NCBI GenBank assembly: GCA_043811915.1
Contig: JBDRMS010000009.1
Span: forward strand, 9,960-73,959
DNA length: 64,000 bases
DNA from: a bacterium
Lineage (GTDB): Bacteria > Patescibacteriota > Andersenbacteria > UBA10190
Direction of reading: 5' to 3'
Made by a program: the position numbers and the translations under genes. The notes under the pieces were generated by a model. It made no database searches. It had not been told where the DNA came from and was given only the letters and a program-made list of their open reading frames with translations. Position 1 is the stretch's first letter. The number at the start of each line of letters is the position of its first letter. Shown piece after piece: positions 1-10,045 of the stretch.

Positions 1-145
1 CCACCAGAAAATCACCGGCGTCAAAATGAAAGCTAAAAAACGCCATAAGAAGTATTTCGGCCACAAACAACACTACACCGAAATAGAGATCACCAGCATC
101 AAAACCAGATAGTGTGTTAAACAGCATCCAGACATCGTATAAAGC

Positions 146-172
146 CAATTCCAACCCTTAGGGTTGGAATTG
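146..172. repeat. 27-nt perfect palindrome CAATTCCAACCC-TTA-GGGTTGGAATTG, copy 1 of 2
   Basis: 12-bp arms with a 3-nt loop. An identical copy lies at 35163..35189. This copy sits 4 nt past the 3' end of the minus-strand gene 177..488. Confidence 0.6.
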
Positions 173-176
173 CTGA

Positions 177-488
177 TTATTGGCACAGGCCCGTCAGCCA
201 GTTAAAGACAACACTGCTTAGCTGGGTAGGGGAGCCATAGCACGCCACCAAGCGCAAATTACTGGGGCGAAAAAATTCTACTAACTCGTTGTAAGAGTCA
301 ATAGTCGGTTTAAATACTTCATAAACAATAGAAGGGGAGCGTTGTTGCACCTCCAATCCGGCGTAACGCGAACCTGGCGCTGTTCGAAATAATAGAGGAT
401 TTTGCACTAGCGCCACTAGCAGCAATACTACCAGCAATAACAAAACAATCAACAACACTTGTTCCCCCCTGTTAAGTTTTCTTTTCAT
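177..488 (-). CDS. hypothetical small membrane protein (103 aa, N-terminal TM helix), likely co-transcribed with recR
   Basis: ORF with a hydrophobic N-terminus (LLIVLLLLVVLLLVALV). It overlaps the recR stop by 4 nt. Confidence 0.4.
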   Translation of the reverse strand: MKRKLNRGEQVLLIVLLLLVVLLLVALVQNPLLFRTAPGSRYAGLEVQQRSPSIVYEVFKPTIDSYNELVEFFRPSNLRLVACYGSPTQLSSVVFNWLTGLCQ

Positions 489-1087
489 AGAGATGTGCGG
501 CCGGTAAACGCCGCCGCCAGCGTCGTGGCATCAGCAAACTCAATATCACCGCCCGTCGGCAAACCGCGCCCCAACCTCGTAGTCGAAAGTTTTTTTCCAC
601 TTAGCCCCCGCACTATGTGACGCGCCGTTGCTTCACCCTCCATTGTCGGGTTTAAAGCTAAAATTACCTCCTTTATATTCTCCTGGTCGATTCGCTTAAA
701 CAACTCTTCCATTGTCAACTGCTCTGACCCTATTCCTTCCAGGGGAGACAACACTCCGCCCAGTACGTGGTACAAGCCATGATAAGAATCAGTCCGTTCA
801 ATTGCCTCCACGTCGAGCGGGCTTTCCACCACGCATACCAGCGATGCGACCCTGGTCTCGTCGCGGCACACCTCACACACTTCACGTTCTGCCAGATTGT
901 AGCAACGCTGGCAAATCCGTACATTAGCGTGCAAATTCTTCAACTTATCACCCATCCTCGAGACCACCGACCGTGGCTGGCGCAAAAGATGTATAGATAA
1001 ACGCTTGGCCGTTTTTGGACCAATACCCGGTAAACGGGTCAACTCTTCCGCCAGCTCACGCACCGCTCTTGGCAAAACCGAGCGCAT
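485..1087 (-). CDS. recR: recombination protein RecR
   Basis: 200 aa with an HhH N-terminus (LPGIGPKTAKRL), a C4 zinc finger (CxxC...CxxC) and a Toprim-like C-terminus. Confidence 0.9.
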   Translation of the reverse strand: MRSVLPRAVRELAEELTRLPGIGPKTAKRLSIHLLRQPRSVVSRMGDKLKNLHANVRICQRCYNLAEREVCEVCRDETRVASLVCVVESPLDVEAIERTDSYHGLYHVLGGVLSPLEGIGSEQLTMEELFKRIDQENIKEVILALNPTMEGEATARHIVRGLSGKKLSTTRLGRGLPTGGDIEFADATTLAAAFTGRTSL

Positions 1088-1096
1088 ATATATAAG

Positions 1097-2527
1097 TCAG
1101 GTAACCGTTATCTCTTCTATCTCTTCTGCTTCTTCATATTCATCGGCATTTTCCGGCGGCACTTCTGAACCCTCATACCTATCATCAGGTGGCAGACAGG
1201 TAACATACCTGGAGTGAAAACGAAGAGGTATTTCACCCGTCGGCCCGTTGCGATGCTTTTCAATCAGCAGCGATATATCATGTACATCCGTTTTCTCCGT
1301 CGAAGAGTCAGGATCATCAGCTCCAACCCGGTGAATAAACATCACGATATCCGCATCTTGCTCGATCGATCCGCTTTCGCGTAAATCAGATAGTTTCGGT
1401 CGCTGGCTGGCGCGCATTTCCACCGCTCGCGACAGCTGTGACAACGCAATAATTGGAATATTTAGCTCAATGGCCAGTTTTTTAAGGCTGCGCGAAATAT
1501 CGGACACTTCCTGCACCCGGTTATCCGTATAACGGCGCGATTCCATCAACTGCAAATAATCAATGATTAAAAGTCCCAAGCCGTGCTCTGCCTGCAGCCG
1601 CCTGGCCATAGTCCGTATTCCCATCACGTTATTAGAGGCCTGGTCGTCAATATAGAGCGGCGCCTCTGACAAGTCTCCCATCGCGTGTCCCAGGCGCGCA
1701 AAATCATCAAACTCTCCTTCTGTTTGTAACTTGCCCGTTCTCATCCGCCATAAGTCCACGTGAGCGTGAGCAGCCATCAACCGGTCTACCAGCTGTTCTT
1801 TGGACATCTCCAGACTAAACACCCCCACCGACACCCCCGCCAAGGCCGCGTGACGGGCAAAATCCAAAGCCAGCGTTGTTTTACCCATCGAAGGGCGAGA
1901 TGCCAATACGATCAGATCAGAATTCTGCCAACCAGCCAAATGACGATCCAGGGCCGGAAAACCGGTTGTCACGCCACGCAGTTCCTTATCACCCTTCTGT
2001 AATTTATCTATACGTTCGAATGCCTCCTCCAACGCTTCTGAAACCTTAGTAAAGTGTTGAAAGCGATATTCACGCGAGACAGAAAATAATAACCGCTCCG
2101 CTTCGTCTAGCGTTGTTTCAATATCGGCCGCTTCCTCAAAACCAATGCTGGTAATAGTAGAGGCTGCCGTAATTAATCGCCGCAAGGTGGCATATTTTTG
2201 CACAATACGGCCATAGTGCGTTACATTCCCCGCCGTCGGCACCACCGTAGCTAAATGTGCCACAGCGGCTTCCGAGCCAACTGCCTCTAATTGCTTTTTT
2301 TCCCTAAGGCGATTAGTCAGCGACACCACATCAATCGGTTGAGCTGCTTCATACAGCTCATTGCATGCCTGATAAATCTGGCGATGCGAATCCCTGTAAA
2401 AGTCTTCAGCTGTCAGAAAATCAGCCACCCGCATCATGGCGTCCTTATCAATTAAAAGACTGCCCAGCACCGACTCCTCCGCCTCATAGCTATGCGGCGG
2501 AATCCTCAAACCGACATTACCGGGCAT
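1097..2527 (-). CDS. dnaB: replicative DNA helicase DnaB
   Basis: 476 aa. Has the DnaB N-terminal domain (EAEESVLGSLL), Walker A SRPSMGKTT and a RecA-like C-terminal domain. Confidence 0.9.
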   Translation of the reverse strand: MPGNVGLRIPPHSYEAEESVLGSLLIDKDAMMRVADFLTAEDFYRDSHRQIYQACNELYEAAQPIDVVSLTNRLREKKQLEAVGSEAAVAHLATVVPTAGNVTHYGRIVQKYATLRRLITAASTITSIGFEEAADIETTLDEAERLLFSVSREYRFQHFTKVSEALEEAFERIDKLQKGDKELRGVTTGFPALDRHLAGWQNSDLIVLASRPSMGKTTLALDFARHAALAGVSVGVFSLEMSKEQLVDRLMAAHAHVDLWRMRTGKLQTEGEFDDFARLGHAMGDLSEAPLYIDDQASNNVMGIRTMARRLQAEHGLGLLIIDYLQLMESRRYTDNRVQEVSDISRSLKKLAIELNIPIIALSQLSRAVEMRASQRPKLSDLRESGSIEQDADIVMFIHRVGADDPDSSTEKTDVHDISLLIEKHRNGPTGEIPLRFHSRYVTCLPPDDRYEGSEVPPENADEYEEAEEIEEITVT

Positions 2528-2640
2528 ACGACCTCATATCTATTATATCAGAGGTAGTATACTCCCGCTCCGTCCGCGCCGCACGTGGATAAGCTGTGAA
2601 TTACTATTTGTTTTGCCACGCCGGGAAAACACAGGTGCGG

Positions 2641-4056
2641 CTAAATCTTTATTACCCTTGGTTCTGAACCGGTATCCTCAATTTTATATCCCATTTTTTC
2701 CACTTTTTGACGCAGTCGATCAGCCTCGTCAAAATCGCCGCCTTTTCGAGCCCGTTCACGCCGATCAACTAACATCCGTACATCATCCGGCACCGCTTCG
2801 CCCTCCAGCTCCAACTTTAATGGCTCTATTACGCCCAACACCTTATCCATAACCATTAAGGTTGCCAGGCCGTCTTGTTTTTGCTCCCTCTTATTGATCT
2901 CGCGCACATAATCCCGGAACACCGCCCAGGCCCGAGGAGTGTTTAAGTCGTCGGCCAAGGCTTCGCCGAAACGCTTAATGACAGCAGTCTCCGGGAAAAC
3001 ACCTGGTGTTGACGGAGCAACACCAGGTGTTGAGAAGGAGACTGCACGCAACAACTGCTTTATTGTCTCCAAATTACCCTGCGCTTCGTCCAGTGCTTCC
3101 CAGGAAAAATCTATTTTTGACCGGTAATGGCTGCCAAATACCAGCAGCCTAAAAGCTAGAGGGGAGTATCCCTTTTTCTCCACAGTATCCAGTGTAATTT
3201 GTTTACCCTCTCTCTTGGCTAATTTATTGCCAGCCATCTGCAAATGACTATTATGCAGCCATAGACGGACAAACTTTTCACCCGTCGCTCCTTCTGCCTG
3301 GGCTATTTCATTCTCATGATGAGGAAACTTATTGTCCTCGCCGCCAGTGTGAATATCAATCCCGCTGCCTAAATACTCCAGGCTCATGGCCGAACATTCA
3401 ATATGCCAGCCCGGATAGCCCACCCCCCAGGGCGATTTCCACTTTTGCTCGTGCTTGTTATCCAGTACCCACAAAGCAAAATCAGCCGGATGCTTTTTTT
3501 CTTCCCGCACTTCGATTCGTTTGCCCGCCTTCAAATCCTTCAGCTTATTACCTGATAGCTTGCCGTATTGTGGAAAAGATTGAACGTCAAAATATACACC
3601 GGTCCTCGTCTTATATGCGTGTCCATTTTCAATTAATTTTTTTATTAAGCTCCTCATTTGCCCAATATGCTCACTTGCTCGCGGGTACCGTTCGGCTTTC
3701 CGAATATTTAATTTCTTCAAATCTTCAAAAAATAATCCAATTTGCTCTTCAGCCAACTCCTGCGGAGATAATTTTCTTGATTTCGCCTCCTTCTCTACCT
3801 TGTCCTCGCCTTCGTCAATATCATCTTCTGTCAGATGGCCCACATCTGTAATATTCATAATTTCTTTCACTTCATATCCCAGAAACTCGAGTGTCCGGTG
3901 CAGGAAATCAGCAAATAAATACCGCCGCATATTGCCAATATGCTGTCGCTTGTACACCGTCGGCCCGCAGTTATATATCCGTGCCTTACCCTCAACCTTC
4001 GGCTCAAAGGGCTCCACGTTCTTCGTCAGTGAATTATAGAATTTTACTTCTTCCAT
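2641..4056 (-). CDS. cysS: cysteine--tRNA ligase
   Basis: 471 aa. Class I HIGN motif (RQHIGNMRRY), a KMSKS-like region and a Zn-binding Cys. Confidence 0.9.
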   Translation of the reverse strand: MEEVKFYNSLTKNVEPFEPKVEGKARIYNCGPTVYKRQHIGNMRRYLFADFLHRTLEFLGYEVKEIMNITDVGHLTEDDIDEGEDKVEKEAKSRKLSPQELAEEQIGLFFEDLKKLNIRKAERYPRASEHIGQMRSLIKKLIENGHAYKTRTGVYFDVQSFPQYGKLSGNKLKDLKAGKRIEVREEKKHPADFALWVLDNKHEQKWKSPWGVGYPGWHIECSAMSLEYLGSGIDIHTGGEDNKFPHHENEIAQAEGATGEKFVRLWLHNSHLQMAGNKLAKREGKQITLDTVEKKGYSPLAFRLLVFGSHYRSKIDFSWEALDEAQGNLETIKQLLRAVSFSTPGVAPSTPGVFPETAVIKRFGEALADDLNTPRAWAVFRDYVREINKREQKQDGLATLMVMDKVLGVIEPLKLELEGEAVPDDVRMLVDRRERARKGGDFDEADRLRQKVEKMGYKIEDTGSEPRVIKI

Positions 4057-4136
4057 TGGGGATAACTTCAGTTAACTCCAATGATACACTAATACGGCTG
4101 ATTTTCAGTTTGCACCTTCACCAAAAGGAGATAAAC

Positions 4137-4823
4137 GTGCAAAATTCACGTTTCCCTGTCGGCTTGGACATTGATGACGTCCTGTTGTGGTATGAAGTTA
4201 GTCTCTTCCTCGGTTACTGCCAGCAGCATCTTGGCTGGGCAGTAAATCTTCAAGCGTATAATGAGACTCATTCCTGGCAGGAAGCAACCAGCGGAAGAAC
4301 CCCGGCGGAAATATCACCAGTCTTCGCAAAGTTTTTGCTAGGAAATGCAGGCACACAAAACCTCGTACCGGGGGCCTACGAAGCACTGCGTCAGTTAGCG
4401 CCTTTTTGTTCTTGGCACTGTATCACTGCCCGGCCCGTTGCGCTGCGTACTGTTACCTTGAGCGTTTTGGAACGGTATTGTCCCGGTATAAACTTTGCTT
4501 CTTTCGACTGGCACAAGAGCCTGACCAAAGCCGACGTTATTCTGCAACGCGGCATTCTGGCCCATGTGGAAGACTCCACTCAAGAGATCGAGCTCATTCT
4601 GGACAGAGGAGTGAATATCACCATTATTCAGTTCCCGGCTTTCCGGGGCTGCCCGCAGCGTACCTTCAAGGATAACAGGGTAATTCGCCTCGCTGCCTGC
4701 GACTGCGCGCAAACAGCAAGCTGCCTGGCCGATCAGAAAAAGTTATGGCGGCACGCCTGGCAGCAAGTACAGCAGGAAATCCAGCAACGGCTGCCCATTC
4801 TCTCATCTACTGCAGCGCCCTAA
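4137..4823 (+). CDS. HAD-superfamily hydrolase, 5'(3')-deoxyribonucleotidase-like
   Basis: GTG start at 4137 preceded by AAAGGAG. N-terminal HAD motif I (VGLDIDDVLL). The 5' part of the track ORF 3891..4823 overlaps cysS and is not coding. Confidence 0.5.
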   Translation: MQNSRFPVGLDIDDVLLWYEVSLFLGYCQQHLGWAVNLQAYNETHSWQEATSGRTPAEISPVFAKFLLGNAGTQNLVPGAYEALRQLAPFCSWHCITARPVALRTVTLSVLERYCPGINFASFDWHKSLTKADVILQRGILAHVEDSTQEIELILDRGVNITIIQFPAFRGCPQRTFKDNRVIRLAACDCAQTASCLADQKKLWRHAWQQVQQEIQQRLPILSSTAAP

Positions 4824-4850
4824 AAAGCGCTTTTTTCTTGCCCTGTTTTT

Positions 4851-5759
4851 TTACAGCAACCTCTTACGGCCAGCCTTAATCAAAATAAACAGTAGCGTTA
4901 TTGTCATCAATCCCACCACTACCCAAAAGGCAATATTGTCCACCATGGTGGCGTTTGCCGCCCGGGGATTAAAGAATGGGCCCACCAGCACCAGCATCGG
5001 AATAACCACGATTGAGTAAATAGTAAGCAACCGTAACAGTTCATTCTCCTTATACTGCAGCATAGTAAAGTTGGCGTTGGAAAGTTCTCTCACACTCTCA
5101 AACATACTCTCCAGGGTCTCCCACATCCGAAGCAATTGCCCGTGCACCCGCTGCCACTTAGCCGCCACCGCCGGTGTAATAAAAACATGGCGCGGCACTG
5201 CGGCAAATAATCTGGTATGAGGACGAATTATTTTGCGGAAATCCATTACATCCCGCGTTAACACAGATATCTCCTCCACCATCTTCCTTTCATAACCCTG
5301 AAAAATTGCGTCTTCGGCAATATCAATGTGCTTGGCCAGCCGCTCCAGTTTATGAAAAGATGTTTCATTAAGTGACGAGATTATATACAAACATAACGCC
5401 AGCCCTTCATCCGCGAAGTATTCCTCCTGCTGTTCCGGTGATAATTCAAAATCCTGACGAATTTTATCCAACACCACCAGCGGCTCGTAGTGTAAACTAA
5501 ACAACTGCTGTCGCTTGACTACAAAAAAGACCGACACGCCATGCGTAACTCGCACCTTGCGGTCGAACACCGGTATTTGAATCAAAAGAAACAGATAATC
5601 ATCCCGCACCGCAACCTCGGGACGGTGGTGTCTCTCCGCCACAAATTCTGCATCAGTCGGAGTTAGGCCCGCTTCCCGCACAAATTCAACCAGCTCGCGC
5701 GACTCCGGACTTTGTACGTTAACCCAGGTCAGCCCCTTTGAGGTAACTGTGTGCTTCAT
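4851..5759 (-). CDS. CorA-like divalent cation transporter family protein (GMN motif not conserved)
   Basis: 302 aa. Soluble N-terminal domain plus two C-terminal TM helices typical of CorA/ZntB. The canonical YGMN signature is absent. Confidence 0.45.
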   Translation of the reverse strand: MKHTVTSKGLTWVNVQSPESRELVEFVREAGLTPTDAEFVAERHHRPEVAVRDDYLFLLIQIPVFDRKVRVTHGVSVFFVVKRQQLFSLHYEPLVVLDKIRQDFELSPEQQEEYFADEGLALCLYIISSLNETSFHKLERLAKHIDIAEDAIFQGYERKMVEEISVLTRDVMDFRKIIRPHTRLFAAVPRHVFITPAVAAKWQRVHGQLLRMWETLESMFESVRELSNANFTMLQYKENELLRLLTIYSIVVIPMLVLVGPFFNPRAANATMVDNIAFWVVVGLMTITLLFILIKAGRKRLL

Positions 5760-5777
5760 GATATGCTTAACTGATAC

Positions 5778-6908
5778 ATGGACCAGTATACCACGAATAA
5801 AACGTCTGCACGCCTGGTGGCCTTCGCCCTGCCTTTTCTTTTCATCGGCACCCTTCAGTTGGCCGGCTGCGCCAGTAATAAATTACCACCGCCTCCTCCC
5901 GGCGGCGCTTACCGTTCCACTAGTGGTGGAGCCCAATTTGACCAATCCGTAAACCTGGTTGATGAAACCGGCGCCCTAACCGGTTATATTTCTCAACTTT
6001 CTCTGCGCACTATTCATCGCACCTCTGCAGACCCGGCCATCATATATGCCACCGCTGCCGGGCAGGGGATAGTGGTTTCTCGCGATGACGGTGTAACCTG
6101 GCAAAAAGCCAACCAGCCTCTCGCCTCCGCCATGGGAATTAGTATGATCGGTGACGGCGTGCTTTTAACTTCAGGCACAAATGATGATGGTGAAGGAATT
6201 ATTATTCGCAGCCTGGACAGCGGTTACAGTTGGGAAAGAGTTCTCACTATACCCGCCTTTAAAAAAGACAAAAAACCGTTCTTCATGGAAATTATTAAGC
6301 CGCCCCCGCCTCCTCCTGTCTATGTTTCAACTATCGTTCCCAATCCTTTTCATCAGGACCGCGCCTATGCCACAACCAGTACCGGCGACCTGCTGGCCGG
6401 CGAGCAATCGGGCAAAGTGTGGTATAACATACTCACCGTTTCACCTATCGGTAAAGTATTCCCCTCACCTCATCAGGATGAAGAATTGTTGTTAGTGACA
6501 ACTGACGGCAAATTATTCCGATCACAAGGCGAGGAAGAAGAGGCACTAACCCTGCCGAGCGGGGCCAAGGCTCTCGATGCCGCCTATATTAAACAATTTC
6601 CCGACGCTTTGCTTATCGGTACCAATCAGGGTGCCTACATCTCGCGCGACCGCGGCGTCAACTGGTTAAAACTAGCTCTGCCTATTAGCACCTCGGCTCC
6701 TCTGCGGAACATTGTAGTTAGGGTAAGTCCCACCAATGCCAATCGTTTCTTAATTAGTGTCGACAGTGTCCTGTACCGTTCTGAAGATGGGGGAGAGACC
6801 TGGAACGCTCTTTCTCTGAACCTGCCCAATCACGTTATTACCGATATTTCCATTGATCCCCAAAATGCCGCCCGCGTCCTGGCCGTCACCACCCCCATCC
6901 AGACTTAA
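5778..6908 (+). CDS. BNR/Asp-box repeat lipoprotein (Ycf48/sialidase-like beta-propeller)
   Basis: Lipobox LAGC with poly-Pro linker. Three S-x-D-x-G-x-T-W motifs (SRDDGVTW, SLDSGYSW, SEDGGETW). Confidence 0.6.
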   Translation: MDQYTTNKTSARLVAFALPFLFIGTLQLAGCASNKLPPPPPGGAYRSTSGGAQFDQSVNLVDETGALTGYISQLSLRTIHRTSADPAIIYATAAGQGIVVSRDDGVTWQKANQPLASAMGISMIGDGVLLTSGTNDDGEGIIIRSLDSGYSWERVLTIPAFKKDKKPFFMEIIKPPPPPPVYVSTIVPNPFHQDRAYATTSTGDLLAGEQSGKVWYNILTVSPIGKVFPSPHQDEELLLVTTDGKLFRSQGEEEEALTLPSGAKALDAAYIKQFPDALLIGTNQGAYISRDRGVNWLKLALPISTSAPLRNIVVRVSPTNANRFLISVDSVLYRSEDGGETWNALSLNLPNHVITDISIDPQNAARVLAVTTPIQT

Positions 6909-6932
6909 CAAGGTTAACATAAGACTTGCATA

Positions 6933-6959
6933 TTAGCACTCGTAGTGTTAGAGTGCTAA
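6933..6959 (+). promoter_or_regulatory. CIRCE operator (HrcA binding site) TTAGCACTC-N9-GAGTGCTAA
   Basis: Perfect match to the CIRCE consensus, 13 nt upstream of the hrcA start. Confidence 0.85.
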
Positions 6960-6971
6960 TAATCTATTTAT

Positions 6972-7688
6972 ATGGACAAACATCACGCCCTCATTTTGCA
7001 GCATCTGGTCAGAGAATACATTAATACCGGCCAGCCGGTCGGCAGTCGGCTGTTGTCCGGCACTATCCGAATATCAGCCAGTCCCGCCACCATCAGGTCG
7101 CGCTTGCGCAGTCTTGAGCAAGACGGCTACCTCGAGCAGCCGCACACCTCCGCCGGCCGTCTGCCCACCGACCAGGGATATCGATATTTTGTCGATCAGC
7201 AGCTACATTCCTTCAGGCCCAGCGCGCGTAAACTTTCCGAATTGGCTCGCCGCCTCCATATCATTCGCACGGACCACCCCCATCTGGAAAGAGCCGCCAC
7301 TCATTTACTTGCCAGCCTGTGTCAAGCCATTGCTGTAACCGGCTGGCTGCCATCTCACCAGGTTCAGGAAGCGGGCTTGGCAGACCTGTGTACGTCTGAA
7401 GACAGCGTTGATCACAACACACTGCGGGAACTGTCATTTTTACTCAAACATGTTGATGTCCATCTCCCTGAGCTTGCTGCTTTAAGCCAGAACCATACCC
7501 ATGTCTTCATCGGCCGGGAAAATCCTATTGGCAACGCTCGCTACACCAGTTTTATGACCCGCGCCGCCAATTTACCAAATGGGCAGCAGGCCGTCTTTAT
7601 GCTAATTGGTCCCAAGCGCATGCCCTACCAGCGCAACGCAGACATTCTGGACAATCTGGCTCAATTGTTTGAATATAATCGCCTATGA
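6972..7688 (+). CDS. hrcA: heat-inducible transcription repressor HrcA (short form, 238 aa)
   Basis: N-terminal winged HTH (GQPVGSRLL...RSRLRSLEQDGYL). First gene of the hrcA-grpE-dnaK-dnaJ arrangement. Confidence 0.85.
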   Translation: MDKHHALILQHLVREYINTGQPVGSRLLSGTIRISASPATIRSRLRSLEQDGYLEQPHTSAGRLPTDQGYRYFVDQQLHSFRPSARKLSELARRLHIIRTDHPHLERAATHLLASLCQAIAVTGWLPSHQVQEAGLADLCTSEDSVDHNTLRELSFLLKHVDVHLPELAALSQNHTHVFIGRENPIGNARYTSFMTRAANLPNGQQAVFMLIGPKRMPYQRNADILDNLAQLFEYNRL

Positions 7689-8146
7689 CACACGCCAGTA
7701 CTTTACACAGCCCGGCCAGGCTCAAAGAACAGGAGTACTTAGCCGGTTGGCAGCGCGCCCGCGCGGAACTGGACAACTTCCGCAAACGCATGTTTGAAGA
7801 ACAAAGCAGCCAGCAACAGCGCACGCGGCAGGAAGTAGTTACCTCTCTCCTCGAATTGGCCGACAACTTTCAATCTATGGCCAACCACCTGCCAGATGAA
7901 TTAGCCGGCCACTCCTGGACCCAGGGTGTTATGCATATTGCCCGCCAGTTGCAAAATCTTCTTCATGATTACGGCGTGACCCCCATCAACACTGTCGGCG
8001 ACCAGTTTAATCCCAGTCAGCACGAAGCGATATCTCACACCAAAACACCAAAAATAAAAAGCGGCCGAATAACCAAAGTCGTGCGAGTCGGCTATAAGAT
8101 GGGGGACATAGTGATCAGGCCGGCTAAAGTTAAAGTAGCTAAATAA
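7685..8146 (+). CDS. grpE: nucleotide exchange factor GrpE
   Basis: 153 aa with GrpE coiled coil (ELDNFRKR) and a beta-sheet C-terminus. Start overlaps the hrcA stop (ATGA). Confidence 0.85.
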   Translation: MTHASTLHSPARLKEQEYLAGWQRARAELDNFRKRMFEEQSSQQQRTRQEVVTSLLELADNFQSMANHLPDELAGHSWTQGVMHIARQLQNLLHDYGVTPINTVGDQFNPSQHEAISHTKTPKIKSGRITKVVRVGYKMGDIVIRPAKVKVAK

Positions 8147-8173
8147 ATTTTAAATTTTAAACTGCAATTCATT

Positions 8174-10045
8174 ATGAGCACAATATTAGGTATAGATTTA
8201 GGAACAACTAATTCCGCTTTCGCCCACATAGAAGGCGGCAAGTCTACCATTCTGGAAAACAGCGAAGGCAACCGTACCACACCATCAGTCGTGGCTGTCA
8301 GCAAATCAGGCGAAAGACTGGTTGGTATCCTGGCCAAGCGTCAGGCCGTCACTAATCCTGCTAATACTATTTTCTCCGCCAAGCGGCTAATCGGCCGTCG
8401 CTTCAGTGACGAAGTTATCCAAAAAGATAATGAACTTTTACCTTATGAGCTGCGTGAAGGCAGCGACGGGGGAGTGGAAATAAAATTAGGAGAAAAATGG
8501 GTCAGGCCAGCGGAAGTTTCTGCCCAGATTCTCCAGAAAATCAAGGCCGATGCTGAAAGGAAACTAGGCACTGTCATTACCGATGCCGTAATTACCGTAC
8601 CGGCTTACTTTGACGACGCCCAGCGCAAAGCTACCAAAGATGCGGGAGAAATTGCCGGCCTGAAGGTTCGCCGCATTATTAACGAGCCTACCGCTGCTGC
8701 TCTGGCATATGGACTGGATAAAAAGAAAGACGAAAAAGTTGTCGTCTTCGATTTTGGTGGTGGTACTTTCGACATCTCCATTCTGGACATTGCCGAGGAC
8801 ACCATTGAAGTTATTAGCACGCATGGGGATACTCATTTAGGCGGTGACGACTTCGACCAGCGTATCATTGATTGGCTTGTTGGAGAGTTTAAAGCTCAAC
8901 AGGGCATAAACCTGTCGCAGGACCCGATGGCTCTGCAGCGCCTCAAAGAAGCCGCCGAAAAAGCCAAATTGGAACTTTCCAGTGCCAATCAGGCCGAAAT
9001 AAACCAGCCCTTCATTACCACCACCCCTGACGGCCCCAAGCACCTGGTGCTTACTTTGTCACGAGCCAAGCTGGAAGAACTGGTTTCTGACTACATAGAC
9101 AAAGCAATCAACTTAACCAATGATGTCATGGCCGAAGCTAAGCTGAAACCTGGCGATATCAATGAAGTCATTTTAGTCGGTGGGCAAACCCGTATGCCGA
9201 AAATAATCTCCGCCGTCAAAGAAATGTTCGGTAAAGAACCACACCAGGGTATTAATCCCGACGAAGTAGTTGCCATTGGTGCCGCCATCCAGGCCGGTAT
9301 TCTTCAAGGTGATGTAAAAGATGTTCTTCTGCTCGACGTTACTCCGCTTACTCTAGGTTTGGAGACGCTCGGCGGTATTCGTACCCCTCTCATTGAAAAA
9401 AACACCACCATTCCTACCCAAAAATCACAGGTTTTCTCCACCGCGGCTGACAACCAGCCCCAGGTGGAAATTCACGTGCTGCAGGGAGAACGCGATATGG
9501 CCGCCGACAACAAAACCCTGGGACGATTTGTCCTGGACGGCATCCCTCCTGCCCCGCGCGGTCTGCCGCAAATTGAAGTTACCTTCGACATCGACGCCAA
9601 TGGCATACTAAACGTTTCTGCTAAGGACAAGGCTTCAGGTAAAGAACAAAGCATTCGCATCGAAGGCAGTTCAGGCATGAGCGCAGAGGAAATTGAGCGA
9701 ATTAAAAACGAGGCCGCCCAGCACGCCGCCGAAGACAAGAAGAAAAAAGAAGCCATTGAAACTTTGAACCAGGCCGACCAGCTTATCTTTACCGCTGAAA
9801 AAGCTCTTAAAGAAGCAGGGGACAAAGTTGATCAGAACACCAGGAAAGAAGTTCAAGATAAAGTGGAGGCCCTAAAGAAAGTAAAAGACGGCGACGATAT
9901 AGAAAACATCAAAAAAGCCACCGAAGACCTGTCTCAAGCCGCTCAAAAAGTCGGTCAGCAAATGTACCAGCAGCAAGCTCCAGCCGACGCCAAGGCTGAC
10001 GTCGTTGAAGGCACGGCCGATGAAAAGAATGGTAAAATAGGATAA
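8174..10045 (+). CDS. dnaK: molecular chaperone DnaK (Hsp70)
   Basis: 623 aa with canonical Hsp70 motifs ([16 protein letters not shown]). Confidence 0.95.
   Translation: MSTILGIDLGTTNSAFAHIEGGKSTILENSEGNRTTPSVVAVSKSGERLVGILAKRQAVTNPANTIFSAKRLIGRRFSDEVIQKDNELLPYELREGSDGGVEIKLGEKWVRPAEVSAQILQKIKADAERKLGTVITDAVITVPAYFDDAQRKATKDAGEIAGLKVRRIINEPTAAALAYGLDKKKDEKVVVFDFGGGTFDISILDIAEDTIEVISTHGDTHLGGDDFDQRIIDWLVGEFKAQQGINLSQDPMALQRLKEAAEKAKLELSSANQAEINQPFITTTPDGPKHLVLTLSRAKLEELVSDYIDKAINLTNDVMAEAKLKPGDINEVILVGGQTRMPKIISAVKEMFGKEPHQGINPDEVVAIGAAIQAGILQGDVKDVLLLDVTPLTLGLETLGGIRTPLIEKNTTIPTQKSQVFSTAADNQPQVEIHVLQGERDMAADNKTLGRFVLDGIPPAPRGLPQIEVTFDIDANGILNVSAKDKASGKEQSIRIEGSSGMSAEEIERIKNEAAQHAAEDKKKKEAIETLNQADQLIFTAEKALKEAGDKVDQNTRKEVQDKVEALKKVKDGDDIENIKKATEDLSQAAQKVGQQMYQQQAPADAKADVVEGTADEKNGKIG

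Noticed and set aside
3891-4136. 5' extension of track ORF 3891..4823 overlapping cysS on the opposite strand
   Set aside because: The conserved HAD motif begins right after a GTG at 4137 with an AAAGGAG SD. The upstream part is antisense to the well-supported cysS.
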